A DNA stretch of 34,203 nucleotides from Chakrabartia sp. (lineage in GTDB: Bacteria; Pseudomonadota; Alphaproteobacteria; Sphingomonadales; Sphingomonadaceae), in contig JBJTAW010000247.1 in the NCBI GenBank assembly GCA_046091025.1, forward strand, positions 1 through 34,203, given 5' to 3'. Below the pieces are notes generated by a model, which was given only the letters and a program-made list of their open reading frames with translations, did not search any database and was not told where the DNA came from. Positions within the stretch are counted from its first letter, which is position 1. Every line of letters begins with the position of its first letter. Below are positions 8,546 through 18,259 of this stretch, in pieces. Made by a program: the position numbers and the translations under genes.

Positions 8546-9586
8546 ATGATGACCCCGATTTCAAAGCCTTTGCTCAGCGTGCTGAAAGGCACGAAGACCA
8601 ACACCCTCCCTTTATGGCTCATGCGCCAAGCTGGACGCTATCTGCCCGAATATCGCGCGCTTCGGGCCGAAAAGGGCGGATTTCTGGAATTGGTGCATGA
8701 TAGTGCGGCAGCGGCCGAGGTCACGATGCAGCCCATTCTGCGCTTTGGTTTTGATGGGGCCATTCTCTTTTCCGATATTTTGGTCATTCCGCATGCCTTG
8801 GGTCAGGACCTTTGGTTTGAAACGGGTGAAGGGCCGCGGCTTGCGCCCAAGCTGGTGGATACAAGCTTGAGCGCCCTTCAACGCCTGCCAGAGCGTCTGT
8901 CCCCGGTGATTGAGACAGTGCGTCAGGTGAAAGCAGCCTTGCCCTCCCAAACAACCTTTTTGGGCTTTGCCGGAAGCCCTTGGACGGTTGCGACCTATAT
9001 GGTGGCTGGACAGGGCAGCCGGGAACAGGCCGAGACGCGTCGGTTTGCCTATCGGGACCCCAAAGCCTTTAAGGAGATCATCACGGCAATTGCCGATCTC
9101 ACGGTAGAGTATTTGTCCGATCAAATCGAAGCAGGCGTGGATGCCGTGCAATTGTTCGACAGCTGGTCGGGAAGCTTGAGCCCGCAGCAATTTGAACATT
9201 GGGTGATTGCGCAGACGGTGCGGATTATTTCAAAACTCAAAGCCCGCCACCCACATGCCGTCATTATTGGCTTTCCAAAAGGCGCTGGCGGCAAGCTTCC
9301 TGCTTATGCGCGCGAAGTGGGTGCAGATGCCATTGGTCTGGATGAGACAGTTGATCCCAATTGGGCGCATCACAACCTTCCCAAGGATTTGCCGGTTCAA
9401 GGTAATCTGGATCCCTTAGCGCTGATTACAGGCGGCGAAATACTCGATCAGGCGATCACAAGGATTATTGACGCCTTTCAGGACCGCCCGCATATTTTCA
9501 ATCTGGGCCATGGCATTTTGCCAGATACGCCAATCACGCATGTAGAAGCGCTGGTGGCGCGGATCCGCGGAGAGAAAAGATCATGA
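8546..9586 (+). CDS. hemE: Uroporphyrinogen decarboxylase
   Basis: WLMRQAGRYLPEY, AILFSDIL, GFAGSPWT, QGNLDP, IFNLGHGI. Confidence 0.97.
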   Translation: MMTPISKPLLSVLKGTKTNTLPLWLMRQAGRYLPEYRALRAEKGGFLELVHDSAAAAEVTMQPILRFGFDGAILFSDILVIPHALGQDLWFETGEGPRLAPKLVDTSLSALQRLPERLSPVIETVRQVKAALPSQTTFLGFAGSPWTVATYMVAGQGSREQAETRRFAYRDPKAFKEIITAIADLTVEYLSDQIEAGVDAVQLFDSWSGSLSPQQFEHWVIAQTVRIISKLKARHPHAVIIGFPKGAGGKLPAYAREVGADAIGLDETVDPNWAHHNLPKDLPVQGNLDPLALITGGEILDQAITRIIDAFQDRPHIFNLGHGILPDTPITHVEALVARIRGEKRS

Positions 9587-10038
9587 TTGAGGCGATGATC
9601 GGGATTTTGGGCAATGCCTATCTCTGGGTAAAGGCAGGGCACATCATCTTCGTCATCTTCTGGATGGCTGGTCTGTTCATGCTGCCGCGCTTTTTTGTCT
9701 ATCATCAAGAAGCTGAAGCCGGCAGCGTTGAAGAGCAGAAATGGATTGAGCGCGAAGACCGACTGCTGCGTATCATCCTCAAGCCATCAATCATGATTGT
9801 CTGGATATTTGGGCTGGCGCTGGCGCTGGATACGGGAAGTTTTGCGCAAGGCTGGTTTCATCTCAAACTGGTCGCTGTGCTGATCTTGTCTGGCTATCAT
9901 GGCTGGATGGTCAGCTATGCGCGCAAACTCCATGCCGGGCAGAGGACGCTCTCGGGCCGGACGTTGCGGATAGTGAATGAAGTGCCGGGCATGGCTGCGG
10001 CGCTCATTGTCATCTTGGCGATCGTTAAACCTTTTTGA
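9583..10038 (+). CDS. hemJ: Protoporphyrinogen oxidase HemJ
   Basis: WVKAGHIIFVIFWMAGLFMLPRFFVYH, NEVP, VKPF; ATGA overlap with hemE. Confidence 0.9.
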   Translation: MIEAMIGILGNAYLWVKAGHIIFVIFWMAGLFMLPRFFVYHQEAEAGSVEEQKWIEREDRLLRIILKPSIMIVWIFGLALALDTGSFAQGWFHLKLVAVLILSGYHGWMVSYARKLHAGQRTLSGRTLRIVNEVPGMAAALIVILAIVKPF

Positions 10039-10063
10039 AGGCTTTGCCTCTCGGCAAGCTGTC

Positions 10064-10092
10064 TTGACTTGGGGCCTGGGCCCGCTTAGGAC
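10064..10092 (+). promoter_or_regulatory. Putative sigma70 promoter of rho
   Basis: TTGACT-N17-TAGGAC. Confidence 0.5.
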
Positions 10093-10189
10093 TGCTTCAC
10101 CGCTGGGCCGCTCGTGCCGTTATCAGCAGCCTTCATCCTCATTTAGTGCTGTCGCGGTTTTCCATTTATTTTACCCGGACTGATTTGCC

Positions 10190-11449
10190 ATGATGCACCT
10201 GAAACAACTCAAGAAGAAAACCCCCGCGGAACTGGTCGAAATGGCCGAAGAACTGGGTGTTGAGGGCGCATCGACCCTGCGCAAACAGGATATCATGTTT
10301 GCGATCCTCAAGGTTGAGGCAGAAAATGGGGAAGAGATTATCGGCGAAGGCACGATTGAAGTGCTGTCCGATGGTTTTGGCTTTTTGCGCGCGCCGGAAT
10401 CCAATTATCTGGCAGGTCCGGACGATATTTACGTCTCGCCCAATATGGTGCGCAAATATGGCCTGCGCACAGGCGATACGGTTGAAGGCGAAATTCGCGG
10501 GCCCAAAGACGGCGAACGCTATTTCGCGCTGACAACAATTCGATTAATCAACTTTGATGATCCCGATGTGGTGCGTCACCGCGTTAATTTTGACAATTTG
10601 ACGCCGCTTTACCCGGATGAACGTCTGAAACTCGACACGCTCGACCCGACCGTCAAAGATAAGTCAGCTCGCGTCATCGACATCATCTCACCGCAAGGTA
10701 AAGGCCAACGTGCGTTGATCGTGGCCCCGCCGCGCACTGGCAAAACCGTGTTGCTGCAGAATATGGCAAAGGCCATTACCGACAATCACCCGGAAGTTTT
10801 CTTGCTGGTGCTGCTCGTCGATGAGCGCCCGGAAGAAGTCACCGATATGCAGCGCTCTGTGAAGGGGGAGGTGATTTCCTCAACCTTTGATGAACCGGCC
10901 TCGCGGCACGTTCAGGTCGCCGAAATGGTGATTGAAAAGGCCAAGCGTCTGGTGGAGCATAAGAAGGATGTGGTCATCCTGCTGGACTCGATCACCCGTC
11001 TTGGTCGTGCGTATAACACGGTTGTCCCATCGTCGGGCAAGGTGCTGACGGGCGGCGTGGATGCCAATGCGCTGCAGCGGCCAAAGCGCTTCTTCGGCGC
11101 GGCACGCAACATTGAAGAAGGCGGGTCCTTGTCCATCATCGCAACCGCGCTGATCGATACGGGCAGCCGCATGGATGAAGTGATTTTTGAAGAATTTAAG
11201 GGCACGGGCAATTCAGAAATCGTGCTGGATCGCAAGGTTGCCGATAAGCGCATCTTCCCAGCGCTCGATGTCGGTAAATCAGGCACGCGTAAGGAAGAAT
11301 TGCTGGTCGAAAAAGACAAGCTCAGCAAAATGTGGGTGCTGCGCCGCATCCTCATGCAAATGGGTACCGTCGATGCGATGGAATTCCTGCTCGATAAGAT
11401 GCGGGATTCCAAAACCAATGAAGATTTCTTCGATAGCATGAACCAGTAA
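10190..11449 (+). CDS. rho: Transcription termination factor Rho
   Basis: [41 protein letters not shown]. Confidence 0.98.
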   Translation: MMHLKQLKKKTPAELVEMAEELGVEGASTLRKQDIMFAILKVEAENGEEIIGEGTIEVLSDGFGFLRAPESNYLAGPDDIYVSPNMVRKYGLRTGDTVEGEIRGPKDGERYFALTTIRLINFDDPDVVRHRVNFDNLTPLYPDERLKLDTLDPTVKDKSARVIDIISPQGKGQRALIVAPPRTGKTVLLQNMAKAITDNHPEVFLLVLLVDERPEEVTDMQRSVKGEVISSTFDEPASRHVQVAEMVIEKAKRLVEHKKDVVILLDSITRLGRAYNTVVPSSGKVLTGGVDANALQRPKRFFGAARNIEEGGSLSIIATALIDTGSRMDEVIFEEFKGTGNSEIVLDRKVADKRIFPALDVGKSGTRKEELLVEKDKLSKMWVLRRILMQMGTVDAMEFLLDKMRDSKTNEDFFDSMNQ

Positions 11450-11465
11450 ATCTGTGGGGTTTGAC

Positions 11466-12200
11466 GTGAGCTTTGATCTTTTTCAGCTTGTTTCTGCCGG
11501 CGCACCCGCGCTTGGCGGATTTGGGGATATTTGGGGACATATTGTCTCCGATTTTTCCAACATCACCCAACCTGCGGCCTTTGCGGCTTTTGTGCAGGTG
11601 TTGCTGATCGATCTGGTTTTGGCCGGGGATAATGCAATTGTTGTGGGCGCATTGGCGGCAGGCTTGCCCGCCGAGCAACGCCGCCGTGTTATTATCATTG
11701 GTGTGGTCGCCGCTCTTGTTCTGCGGATCATCTTTGCGCTTACAGTCAGCTGGCTCTTGGGCATTGTTGGGCTGGTGCTGGCGGGCGGCTTGCTCCTTCT
11801 CTGGGTAGCGTGGCGCATGTACCGCGATCTTCATGCGCACAGCCCGGCGGAATCGCCCGGGTCGCCTGAAATCGCCGGGGATGAAGACAGCGGCATTCCT
11901 GCCGCCAAAAGCTTTGCGGCCGCCGCCTGGTCGGTTGCGATTGCCGATGTGTCGATGAGCCTCGACAATGTTCTTGCTGTTGCGGGGGCCGCGCGCGAGC
12001 ATCCGGGCATTTTGATTCTCGGCTTGATTTTTGCCGAGGCGCTCATGGGTATCGCGGCCAATATCATTGCCAAATACATTGAGCGTTATCGCTGGATCGC
12101 TTGGTTTGGTCTGGCTGTGATTGTCTATGTGGCGCTTAAGATGATTTGGGAGGGTTTTCACGAAATCCAACCCCATGTCATGGCATTGGCTGGAGCATAA
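11466..12200 (+). CDS. TerC/YjbE family integral membrane metal-transport protein
   Basis: DLVLAGDNAIVV and IADVSMSLDNVLAVAGAA acidic motifs; start could be 11454 or 11466. Confidence 0.85.
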   Translation: MSFDLFQLVSAGAPALGGFGDIWGHIVSDFSNITQPAAFAAFVQVLLIDLVLAGDNAIVVGALAAGLPAEQRRRVIIIGVVAALVLRIIFALTVSWLLGIVGLVLAGGLLLLWVAWRMYRDLHAHSPAESPGSPEIAGDEDSGIPAAKSFAAAAWSVAIADVSMSLDNVLAVAGAAREHPGILILGLIFAEALMGIAANIIAKYIERYRWIAWFGLAVIVYVALKMIWEGFHEIQPHVMALAGA

Positions 12201-12247
12201 CCTCGGCAAACTATTGTCAGAAAAGCGTTTTCGTGTAGCCTGAGGGC

Positions 12248-12949
12248 ATTCGAAACATTGTCTTTTCAGCAGCCCTGCTCCTTTGTGCCCTTATTGGGCT
12301 TGCCCCGGGTGGCGCGCTGGCTGCTCCTGTCACTGGCTTTTCCTATGGCATGCCAAAACTGCCCGTACCAAATCCAGCCTTAAGCCGCCACCTTCAGCAG
12401 GACCGGGCGAAAGTCTATCGGGACTATGCCGCGCTATTTGCCGACCTAGATCTTAGCGAAGAGGATCTCAGCGGCTATGAGAGTACGACCAATTGGATGG
12501 TCGACAGTATTTTGCCGGGGGTAACTGTGCTTTTGGCGGGGCGATCCAGCTATACGGGCGGCGCACATGGCTATGCCTTTGTGGATAGCCTGATTTGGGA
12601 CAGCAAGGCCGGGCTGCCGGTCAGCTTTGCGGGTTTGTTCACCAACCTCGCCGTTGCGCGTGCATTGCTTAACCCGTCTTATTGTCGCGCGCTTGATCGG
12701 GAACGCCTTGCCCGCCGGGGAGAGCCCACGCCCAAGGATGATATGTTCGGCGCCTGCCCCGATTTGTTCAAAGAGGCTGAAGCCTATCCTGCCAAGCCGG
12801 TGTACGGAAAATATAGCCGGATTGCGATCAGCCTTGCCCCCTATGTGGCTGGCCCCTTTTCCGAGGGCAGTTATGATTTGGAGATTGTCATGCCCAAAGG
12901 TCTCAAGTTGCTCGTCAAACCACAATATCAGGCGCTGTTTCCCGGTTAA
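12248..12949 (+). CDS. Exported DUF3298/DUF4163 (RsiV/PdaC-like) protein; start uncertain (ATT at 12248 or ATG at 12350)
   Basis: YTGGAHG and PYVAGPFSEG motifs; the in-frame open extension 12248-12349 encodes a signal peptide. Confidence 0.65.
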   Translation: MRNIVFSAALLLCALIGLAPGGALAAPVTGFSYGMPKLPVPNPALSRHLQQDRAKVYRDYAALFADLDLSEEDLSGYESTTNWMVDSILPGVTVLLAGRSSYTGGAHGYAFVDSLIWDSKAGLPVSFAGLFTNLAVARALLNPSYCRALDRERLARRGEPTPKDDMFGACPDLFKEAEAYPAKPVYGKYSRIAISLAPYVAGPFSEGSYDLEIVMPKGLKLLVKPQYQALFPG

Positions 12950-12960
12950 TCGGGCCTCAC

Positions 12961-13644
12961 TCAGCCCAAATAGGTCCGGAAAAACGCCTGTGTGCGGCCA
13001 TCGGCAAGCTGTGCGCCAGCGTCATCTCGGCGATTGCCCATCTCCGCGGCAAAGCCGTGATCCAACCCCTCATAATCATGCAGGGTGACGCGCGGGTTCT
13101 GCCCCAATCCGGCATGGATGGCGGCCTGCGCTTCTGGCCCAACAAAAGGGTCGTCGGTTGGAATGTGGAGCATCAGTGGCTTTGCAATTGCATTGCTTTC
13201 GCCGAGCATGGTGTCGATCATCACGCCATAATAGCCGACCGCGCAGTCAATGTCGGTGCGCGTGGCGGCCAGATAGGCAAGCCTGCCGCCCAAACAATAT
13301 CCGACACAGCCAACCTGCGCGACGGGGGGATTTGCATCTAACCCATGGCGGATGGCTTTGATCGTGGCCTCTATATCGATCACGCCCTCATCGGCACCAT
13401 AACGCTGAAAATACCCAAAAGCCTCGTTGAGCTCAGCCTCCACATCAGGGTTGAGTTCAACGCCCGGCGCAAAGCGCCAGAAGAGATCAATGGCAACGGC
13501 GAGATAGCCTTGTGTCGCCCATGTGTTGCATTTGCGCCTGATACCTTCATTCACCCCGAAGATTTCGGGGATCACGATGACTGCGGCCTTCGCCGAGGCG
13601 TCGGGGGCGGCAACATAGGCGTTCATCTCACCAATTTTGGTCAT
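12961..13644 (-). CDS. Dienelactone hydrolase family protein
   Basis: EIFGVN, GYCLGG nucleophile, DHGFA. Confidence 0.92.
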   Translation of the reverse strand: MTKIGEMNAYVAAPDASAKAAVIVIPEIFGVNEGIRRKCNTWATQGYLAVAIDLFWRFAPGVELNPDVEAELNEAFGYFQRYGADEGVIDIEATIKAIRHGLDANPPVAQVGCVGYCLGGRLAYLAATRTDIDCAVGYYGVMIDTMLGESNAIAKPLMLHIPTDDPFVGPEAQAAIHAGLGQNPRVTLHDYEGLDHGFAAEMGNRRDDAGAQLADGRTQAFFRTYLG

Positions 13645-13646
13645 GC

Positions 13647-14150
13647 TTATATCAATCTCGTCCTTTTCTCTTGGGGAAGTTGGGCATATTCATAATCAAG
13701 TAACCAGGTTTTTGTTCTGGGGCCGTCTCCCGCCGAATAATACTCAGGCCCTGCGGCCGATGTCACGCGGTGGCACGGGATTATGATGGGAAAGGCATTG
13801 GTCTTGCACGCTTGGCCCACGGCACGCGCGATGGACCCGGTTGCGTCGGCGACGGCGCCATAAGTGTATGTCTCGCCAAAGGGGATGGCCGCAATGCCCG
13901 CCCGAAGTCGCGCAGCCTCTGGCTGTAGGAGGGGGGCCAAGGGCAGGTCAAATTCCTGTCGCCCGCCTGAAAACCAGTCGGAAAGCTGGGCAATGGCCTG
14001 TGCCAAAATGGGGTGGGATATATCCCCCGGTCCCGCTGAACCGGGGTCGTTGGTCGCAATTTTTAGGCCAAGCAAATGGGCATCATCGGCGTGCACGATG
14101 ATGGTTCCCAAGGGGCTGGTGAAACAGGCTGTTGCGGTCGGACGGCGCAT
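13647..14150 (-). CDS. ogt: Methylated-DNA--protein-cysteine S-methyltransferase
   Basis: IPFGETYTYG, ARAVGQAC, IPCHRV active site. Confidence 0.9.
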   Translation of the reverse strand: MRRPTATACFTSPLGTIIVHADDAHLLGLKIATNDPGSAGPGDISHPILAQAIAQLSDWFSGGRQEFDLPLAPLLQPEAARLRAGIAAIPFGETYTYGAVADATGSIARAVGQACKTNAFPIIIPCHRVTSAAGPEYYSAGDGPRTKTWLLDYEYAQLPQEKRTRLI

Positions 14151-14198
14151 GGCGCACAAATGGCCTCAATTCACCGCCTGCTCAAGGGAGTAACCGGC

Positions 14199-14438
14199 AT
14201 GAAATTCAACATTGAAGTGGACTGCACCCCCGAAGAGGTGCGCCGCCTGATCGGCCTGCCCGACCTGACTGAGGTGCATGAGGTCTATCTCACCCAGATG
14301 AAGGACATGATGACCAAGGGCATGACCCCAGACACAATGGAGTCGATGATGCGCAGCTGGATGCCTGGGGGTGCCGCCAGTATGGATTTCATGCGCGATC
14401 TGGTGTCCGGCTTGTCCACCGCACCGAAGCGGGATTGA
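14199..14438 (+). CDS. DUF6489 family small protein
   Basis: MKFNIEVDCTPEEVRRLIGLPDL; GGGAG RBS upstream of ATG 14199. Confidence 0.75.
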   Translation: MKFNIEVDCTPEEVRRLIGLPDLTEVHEVYLTQMKDMMTKGMTPDTMESMMRSWMPGGAASMDFMRDLVSGLSTAPKRD

Positions 14439-14453
14439 GCTTGCCCGCCAAAC

Positions 14454-15722
14454 ATGACCCAGACTGACACCATCTTTGCGCTGTCCAGCGGTCAGCCTCC
14501 TGCTGGAATTGCGATTATCCGGATCAGCGGGCCAGAGGCTGGCTGGGTGCTGGATGTGCTCGCTGGAGGCCGCCCAGAGCCACGTCAGGCCGTTTATCGA
14601 CGCTTTCGAGATATTGGGGGGGCGCCACTCGATGATGGCCTGGCGCTCTGGTTTCCGGGCCCCAAGAGCGCCACGGGCGAAGATCTGGCCGAACTGCATG
14701 TCCATGGCGGTCGCGCGGTTGTGGCAGCGATTCTCAACACTCTGGGGGGGATGGAGCGGTGTCGCCCAGCCCAGGCGGGGGAATTCACCCGGCGTGCGCT
14801 GGAGAATGGCCGGATCGACCTGACCGAGGCTGAAGGGCTTGCCGATCTTTTGGCGGCAGAAACAGAGGCGCAGCGCCAATCCGCCCTTGCGCTGGCCGAA
14901 GGCGGGTTGGGGCATTTGGTCGCCGCGTGGGAGAAGCAACTTCTCATTGAGAGTGCGCGCGTTGAAGTTTTGCTCGATTTTGCGGATGAGGGCGATGTGG
15001 CCGAGTCTGGCCATGACATAGGGCCGCTTGAGCAGCTTGTCGCCGCCTTGTCGGCGCTTCGTATGGCTCCGCCGGCGGAACGTCTGCGCGATGGCGTTCG
15101 GGTCGTGTTGGCAGGCCCACCAAATTCCGGAAAGTCTAGTCTTTTCAATTATTTAATTGGTCGGGAGGCGGCTATTGTGACGCCCATTGCCGGTACCACG
15201 CGGGATCGGATAGAGGCGCCAGTGGCGATGGAGGACATCCCCCTTTTGCTCATCGATACAGCAGGTTTGCGCGAAGATGCGACGGATGCGGTCGAAATAA
15301 TTGGTATTGAACGATCGAGCGAAGCAATGGTGGGTGCAGACATATTGCTCTGGCTTGGCCCCGCGGTAGAGGCCCCGGCGGGGGCGCTTGTTTTGGCCGC
15401 AAAATGCGATTCCGGGTCTGTTGGCCCCGGCCTTCTTATCTCTTCTGTAACGGGTGAGGGGATGGATGTTTTGCGGACGACTTTGCTGGAACGCGCGCGC
15501 GCGCTGTTGCCGCGCCCCGGTGCGCTGGCGCTCAATGCACGTCATCGGGAGATTCTGGCTGAGGTGGAGCAATGGATCTCCAACGCCATTCAGTCTGAGG
15601 ACTTGCTTGTTCGCGCCGAATCCTTGCGCCTTGCGCGCGCGCGGCTGGATAGGCTCACCGGACGATCTGGGGTGGAGTCGATGCTCGATGCGTTGTTCGG
15701 GGCCTTTTGCATTGGCAAATAG
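14454..15722 (+). CDS. mnmE: tRNA modification GTPase MnmE
   Basis: DTIFALSS, TGEDLAELHVHGG, GPPNSGKSS, GTTRD, DTAG, FCIGK. Confidence 0.97.
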   Translation: MTQTDTIFALSSGQPPAGIAIIRISGPEAGWVLDVLAGGRPEPRQAVYRRFRDIGGAPLDDGLALWFPGPKSATGEDLAELHVHGGRAVVAAILNTLGGMERCRPAQAGEFTRRALENGRIDLTEAEGLADLLAAETEAQRQSALALAEGGLGHLVAAWEKQLLIESARVEVLLDFADEGDVAESGHDIGPLEQLVAALSALRMAPPAERLRDGVRVVLAGPPNSGKSSLFNYLIGREAAIVTPIAGTTRDRIEAPVAMEDIPLLLIDTAGLREDATDAVEIIGIERSSEAMVGADILLWLGPAVEAPAGALVLAAKCDSGSVGPGLLISSVTGEGMDVLRTTLLERARALLPRPGALALNARHREILAEVEQWISNAIQSEDLLVRAESLRLARARLDRLTGRSGVESMLDALFGAFCIGK

Positions 15723-15728
15723 GCCGCA

Positions 15729-15744
15729 AGTTTCACGTGAAACA
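15729..15744. other. parS: parS site 1 (intergenic)
   Basis: AGTTTCACGTGAAACA; 14-bp perfect palindromic core. Confidence 0.9.
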
Positions 15745-15747
15745 GAT

Positions 15748-15776
15748 TTGACCTGCGGCGCGCGGGTGCGTAGCGG
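15748..15776 (+). promoter_or_regulatory. Putative sigma70 promoter giving a leaderless mnmG transcript
   Basis: TTGACC-N17-TAGCGG, 6 nt before ATG 15783; no Shine-Dalgarno. Confidence 0.55.
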
Positions 15777-15782
15777 CGGGGC

Positions 15783-17630
15783 ATGACTCGGTCTTTTGAT
15801 GTTCTGGTGATTGGCGGCGGCCATGCGGGTTGCGAAGCGGCGGCGGCCGCGGCGCGGATGGGCGCGCGCACGGCCCTGGTCAGCTTTGACCGGCAGATGA
15901 TTGGCGCCATGTCGTGCAATCCCGCCATTGGCGGGTTAGGGAAGGGACATTTGGTCCGTGAAGTCGATGCCTTTGACGGCATTCTAGCGCGCGCCGCAGA
16001 TGCCGCAGCCATCCATTATCGCATGCTCAATGGATCCAAGGGCGCTGCCGTGCAGGGTCCGCGCATTCAGGCGGATCGTGCGTTGTTCAAGGCGGCCATC
16101 CACAATTTGTTGGCGGCGCAGGACGGATTGGAAATTATCGAGGGCGAAGCGCAACGTCTGTTCATTGCGAATGGCATGGTCACGGGTCTCGCTCTGGCCG
16201 ATGGAACCGAGCTGACGGCGCGCGCCGTGGTTTTGGCGACGGGTACGTTTCTCAACGGTATGATGTTCTGTGGGGAGCGGCTCGATACGGGCGGCCGTCT
16301 CGGCGAAGCGGCAGCCATTTCCCTTGGAGCGCCATTGCGCGCGCTCGACTTGCCCATTGGTCGATTGAAGACGGGGACGCCCCCGCGCCTCGATGGGCGC
16401 ACGATTAACTGGGCTGTGTTGGATCGCCAGGAGTCGGATGGTGAAAGCTGGACCTTCTCCGATCTCACACCGCAGCGCGCCGTGCCGCAGCTTTGGTGTG
16501 CCATCACCCGCACGAACCCCGAAACGCATGCCGTGATTCGTGCTGCGCTCGACCGGTCGCCGCTTTTCTCCGGCGCGATTGAGGGGCAGGGCCCGCGCTA
16601 TTGCCCGTCGATCGAGGATAAGTTCCACCGTTTTGGCGACCGTGATGGCCATCAGGTGTTTCTGGAGCCGGAGGGGCTGGATGACCCCTTGGTCTATCCG
16701 AATGGCATTTCGACCTCCTTGCCTGGCGACGTCCAGCTGGCCTTTTTGCGCACGATGAAGGGGCTGGAACAGGTCGAGATCGCGCAACCCGGCTATGCTG
16801 TGGAATATGATCATATTGATCCGCGCGCTTTGGCCCAGACGCTGGAGATACGGTCGCTGCCGGGGGTGTTCTGCGCTGGGCAGATTAATGGCACGACCGG
16901 CTATGAGGAAGCATCGGCACAAGGGTTGGTCGCGGGGTTAAATGCAGCGGCCCAGGCTCTTGGACGTGCGCCGCGGCAGCTTGACCGGGCGAGCTCCTAT
17001 ATTGGGGTGATGATCGATGATCTGGTGTTGCAGGGCATTACTGAACCCTATCGGATGCTGACCGCGCGCGCCGAATATCGCCTGCGTCTGCGCGCGGATA
17101 ATGCGGCAACGCGCTTGACGCCGCTTGCTCTGGAGATGGGCTGTCTCTCGCCCACCCGTCGGGATTGGTTTGTTTCACGTGAAACACAGCGGATGGCTCT
17201 GCGGAAGGCGTTGGAGTGCAATGTTACGGGGTCAGCCCTTGCCGATTTGGGCCTCGACGTGCGGGAGCCGGGACAGAAGCAAAGCCTATTCAGTTGGATG
17301 CGGTTCATAACCCTAAGCCAAGCTCAGCTCGCGACACTCTGCCCAGAGGCGGCGTTTTGCTCCAAAGCCATCATCGATGAACTGGCCGAGGATGCGCGCT
17401 ATGCGCCCTATATCGCCCGGCAAGAGGCTGAAATACGAGAGATGCGCGCCAATGATAGCATTTCGCTCCAAGATGTTGATTTCACCTCCGTTTCTGGATT
17501 GTCCAATGAGATGGTTGAACGCTTGAATGCCGCCCGTCCGGCAACGCTTGGTGCGGCGGAGCGGGTGCGGGGGATTACGCCCGCCGCACTTGCAGCAATT
17601 CTTGTTCAGGCCAAAAGGCGCGCTGCATGA
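15783..17630 (+). CDS. mnmG: tRNA uridine-5-carboxymethylaminomethyl synthesis enzyme MnmG (GidA)
   Basis: [43 protein letters not shown]. Confidence 0.98.
   Translation: MTRSFDVLVIGGGHAGCEAAAAAARMGARTALVSFDRQMIGAMSCNPAIGGLGKGHLVREVDAFDGILARAADAAAIHYRMLNGSKGAAVQGPRIQADRALFKAAIHNLLAAQDGLEIIEGEAQRLFIANGMVTGLALADGTELTARAVVLATGTFLNGMMFCGERLDTGGRLGEAAAISLGAPLRALDLPIGRLKTGTPPRLDGRTINWAVLDRQESDGESWTFSDLTPQRAVPQLWCAITRTNPETHAVIRAALDRSPLFSGAIEGQGPRYCPSIEDKFHRFGDRDGHQVFLEPEGLDDPLVYPNGISTSLPGDVQLAFLRTMKGLEQVEIAQPGYAVEYDHIDPRALAQTLEIRSLPGVFCAGQINGTTGYEEASAQGLVAGLNAAAQALGRAPRQLDRASSYIGVMIDDLVLQGITEPYRMLTARAEYRLRLRADNAATRLTPLALEMGCLSPTRRDWFVSRETQRMALRKALECNVTGSALADLGLDVREPGQKQSLFSWMRFITLSQAQLATLCPEAAFCSKAIIDELAEDARYAPYIARQEAEIREMRANDSISLQDVDFTSVSGLSNEMVERLNAARPATLGAAERVRGITPAALAAILVQAKRRAA
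17171..17186. other. parS: parS site 2 (inside mnmG)
   Basis: TGTTTCACGTGAAACA, perfect 16-bp palindrome. Confidence 0.9.
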
Positions 17631-18259
17631 CGGAAGAGGAGGCCCAGCGCTGGCTCGTCGAGGCACTGGGTGTTTCACGTGAAACATTAGATCAGCTCGA
17701 AGCGTATCGCCGTCTGGTGCTTGAAGAATCCGAGAATCAGAATCTGATCGCCAAATCCACGGCAGGCGTCTTCTGGGCCCGCCACATTGTCGACTCGGCC
17801 CAATTGCTACACCATGCGGACGGCGCACGGGCGGGGGACTGGCTCGATCTTGGCGCGGGCGCGGGCATGCCGGGGATCGTCATCGCCGCCCTTGATGGAC
17901 GGCCCGTCCATATGGTGGAGGAGCGCAGGGGCCGCATCGTCTTTCTCAACCGCTGCGTGGATGAGCTTGGTCTGGACAATGCCCGGGTGCACGGATGCAA
18001 GGTTGAGGCCCTGCGGCTCGCACCCGCTGCAATCATCAGCGCTCGAGCTTTTGCGCCGTTGCCAAAGCTTCTCAAACTGGCGCATCCATTCTCCACCCCC
18101 AAAACGATTTGGATCCTCCCAAAAGGCCGAAAGGCGCGGGAAGAGGTGGAAAATGTCAAACAAGCATGGCAAGGTGTGTTTGACGTGAAACAGAGCATCA
18201 CCGACGCCGAAGCCGCAATTGTTGTGGCCAAAGGCGTCAGGAAGGACGCAAGACCATGA
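17627..18259 (+). CDS. rsmG: 16S rRNA m7G527 methyltransferase RsmG (GidB)
   Basis: [29 protein letters not shown]. Confidence 0.95.
   Translation: MTEEEAQRWLVEALGVSRETLDQLEAYRRLVLEESENQNLIAKSTAGVFWARHIVDSAQLLHHADGARAGDWLDLGAGAGMPGIVIAALDGRPVHMVEERRGRIVFLNRCVDELGLDNARVHGCKVEALRLAPAAIISARAFAPLPKLLKLAHPFSTPKTIWILPKGRKAREEVENVKQAWQGVFDVKQSITDAEAAIVVAKGVRKDARP
17671..17686. other. parS: parS site 3 (inside rsmG)
   Basis: TGTTTCACGTGAAACA, perfect 16-bp palindrome. Confidence 0.9.
18177..18192. other. parS: parS site 4, one mismatch (inside rsmG)
   Basis: TGTTTGACGTGAAACA. Confidence 0.65.

Noticed and set aside
15729-18192. Repeated 16-mers as a CRISPR array or REP family
   Set aside because: They match the parS consensus, are hundreds of bases apart, and no cas genes are present
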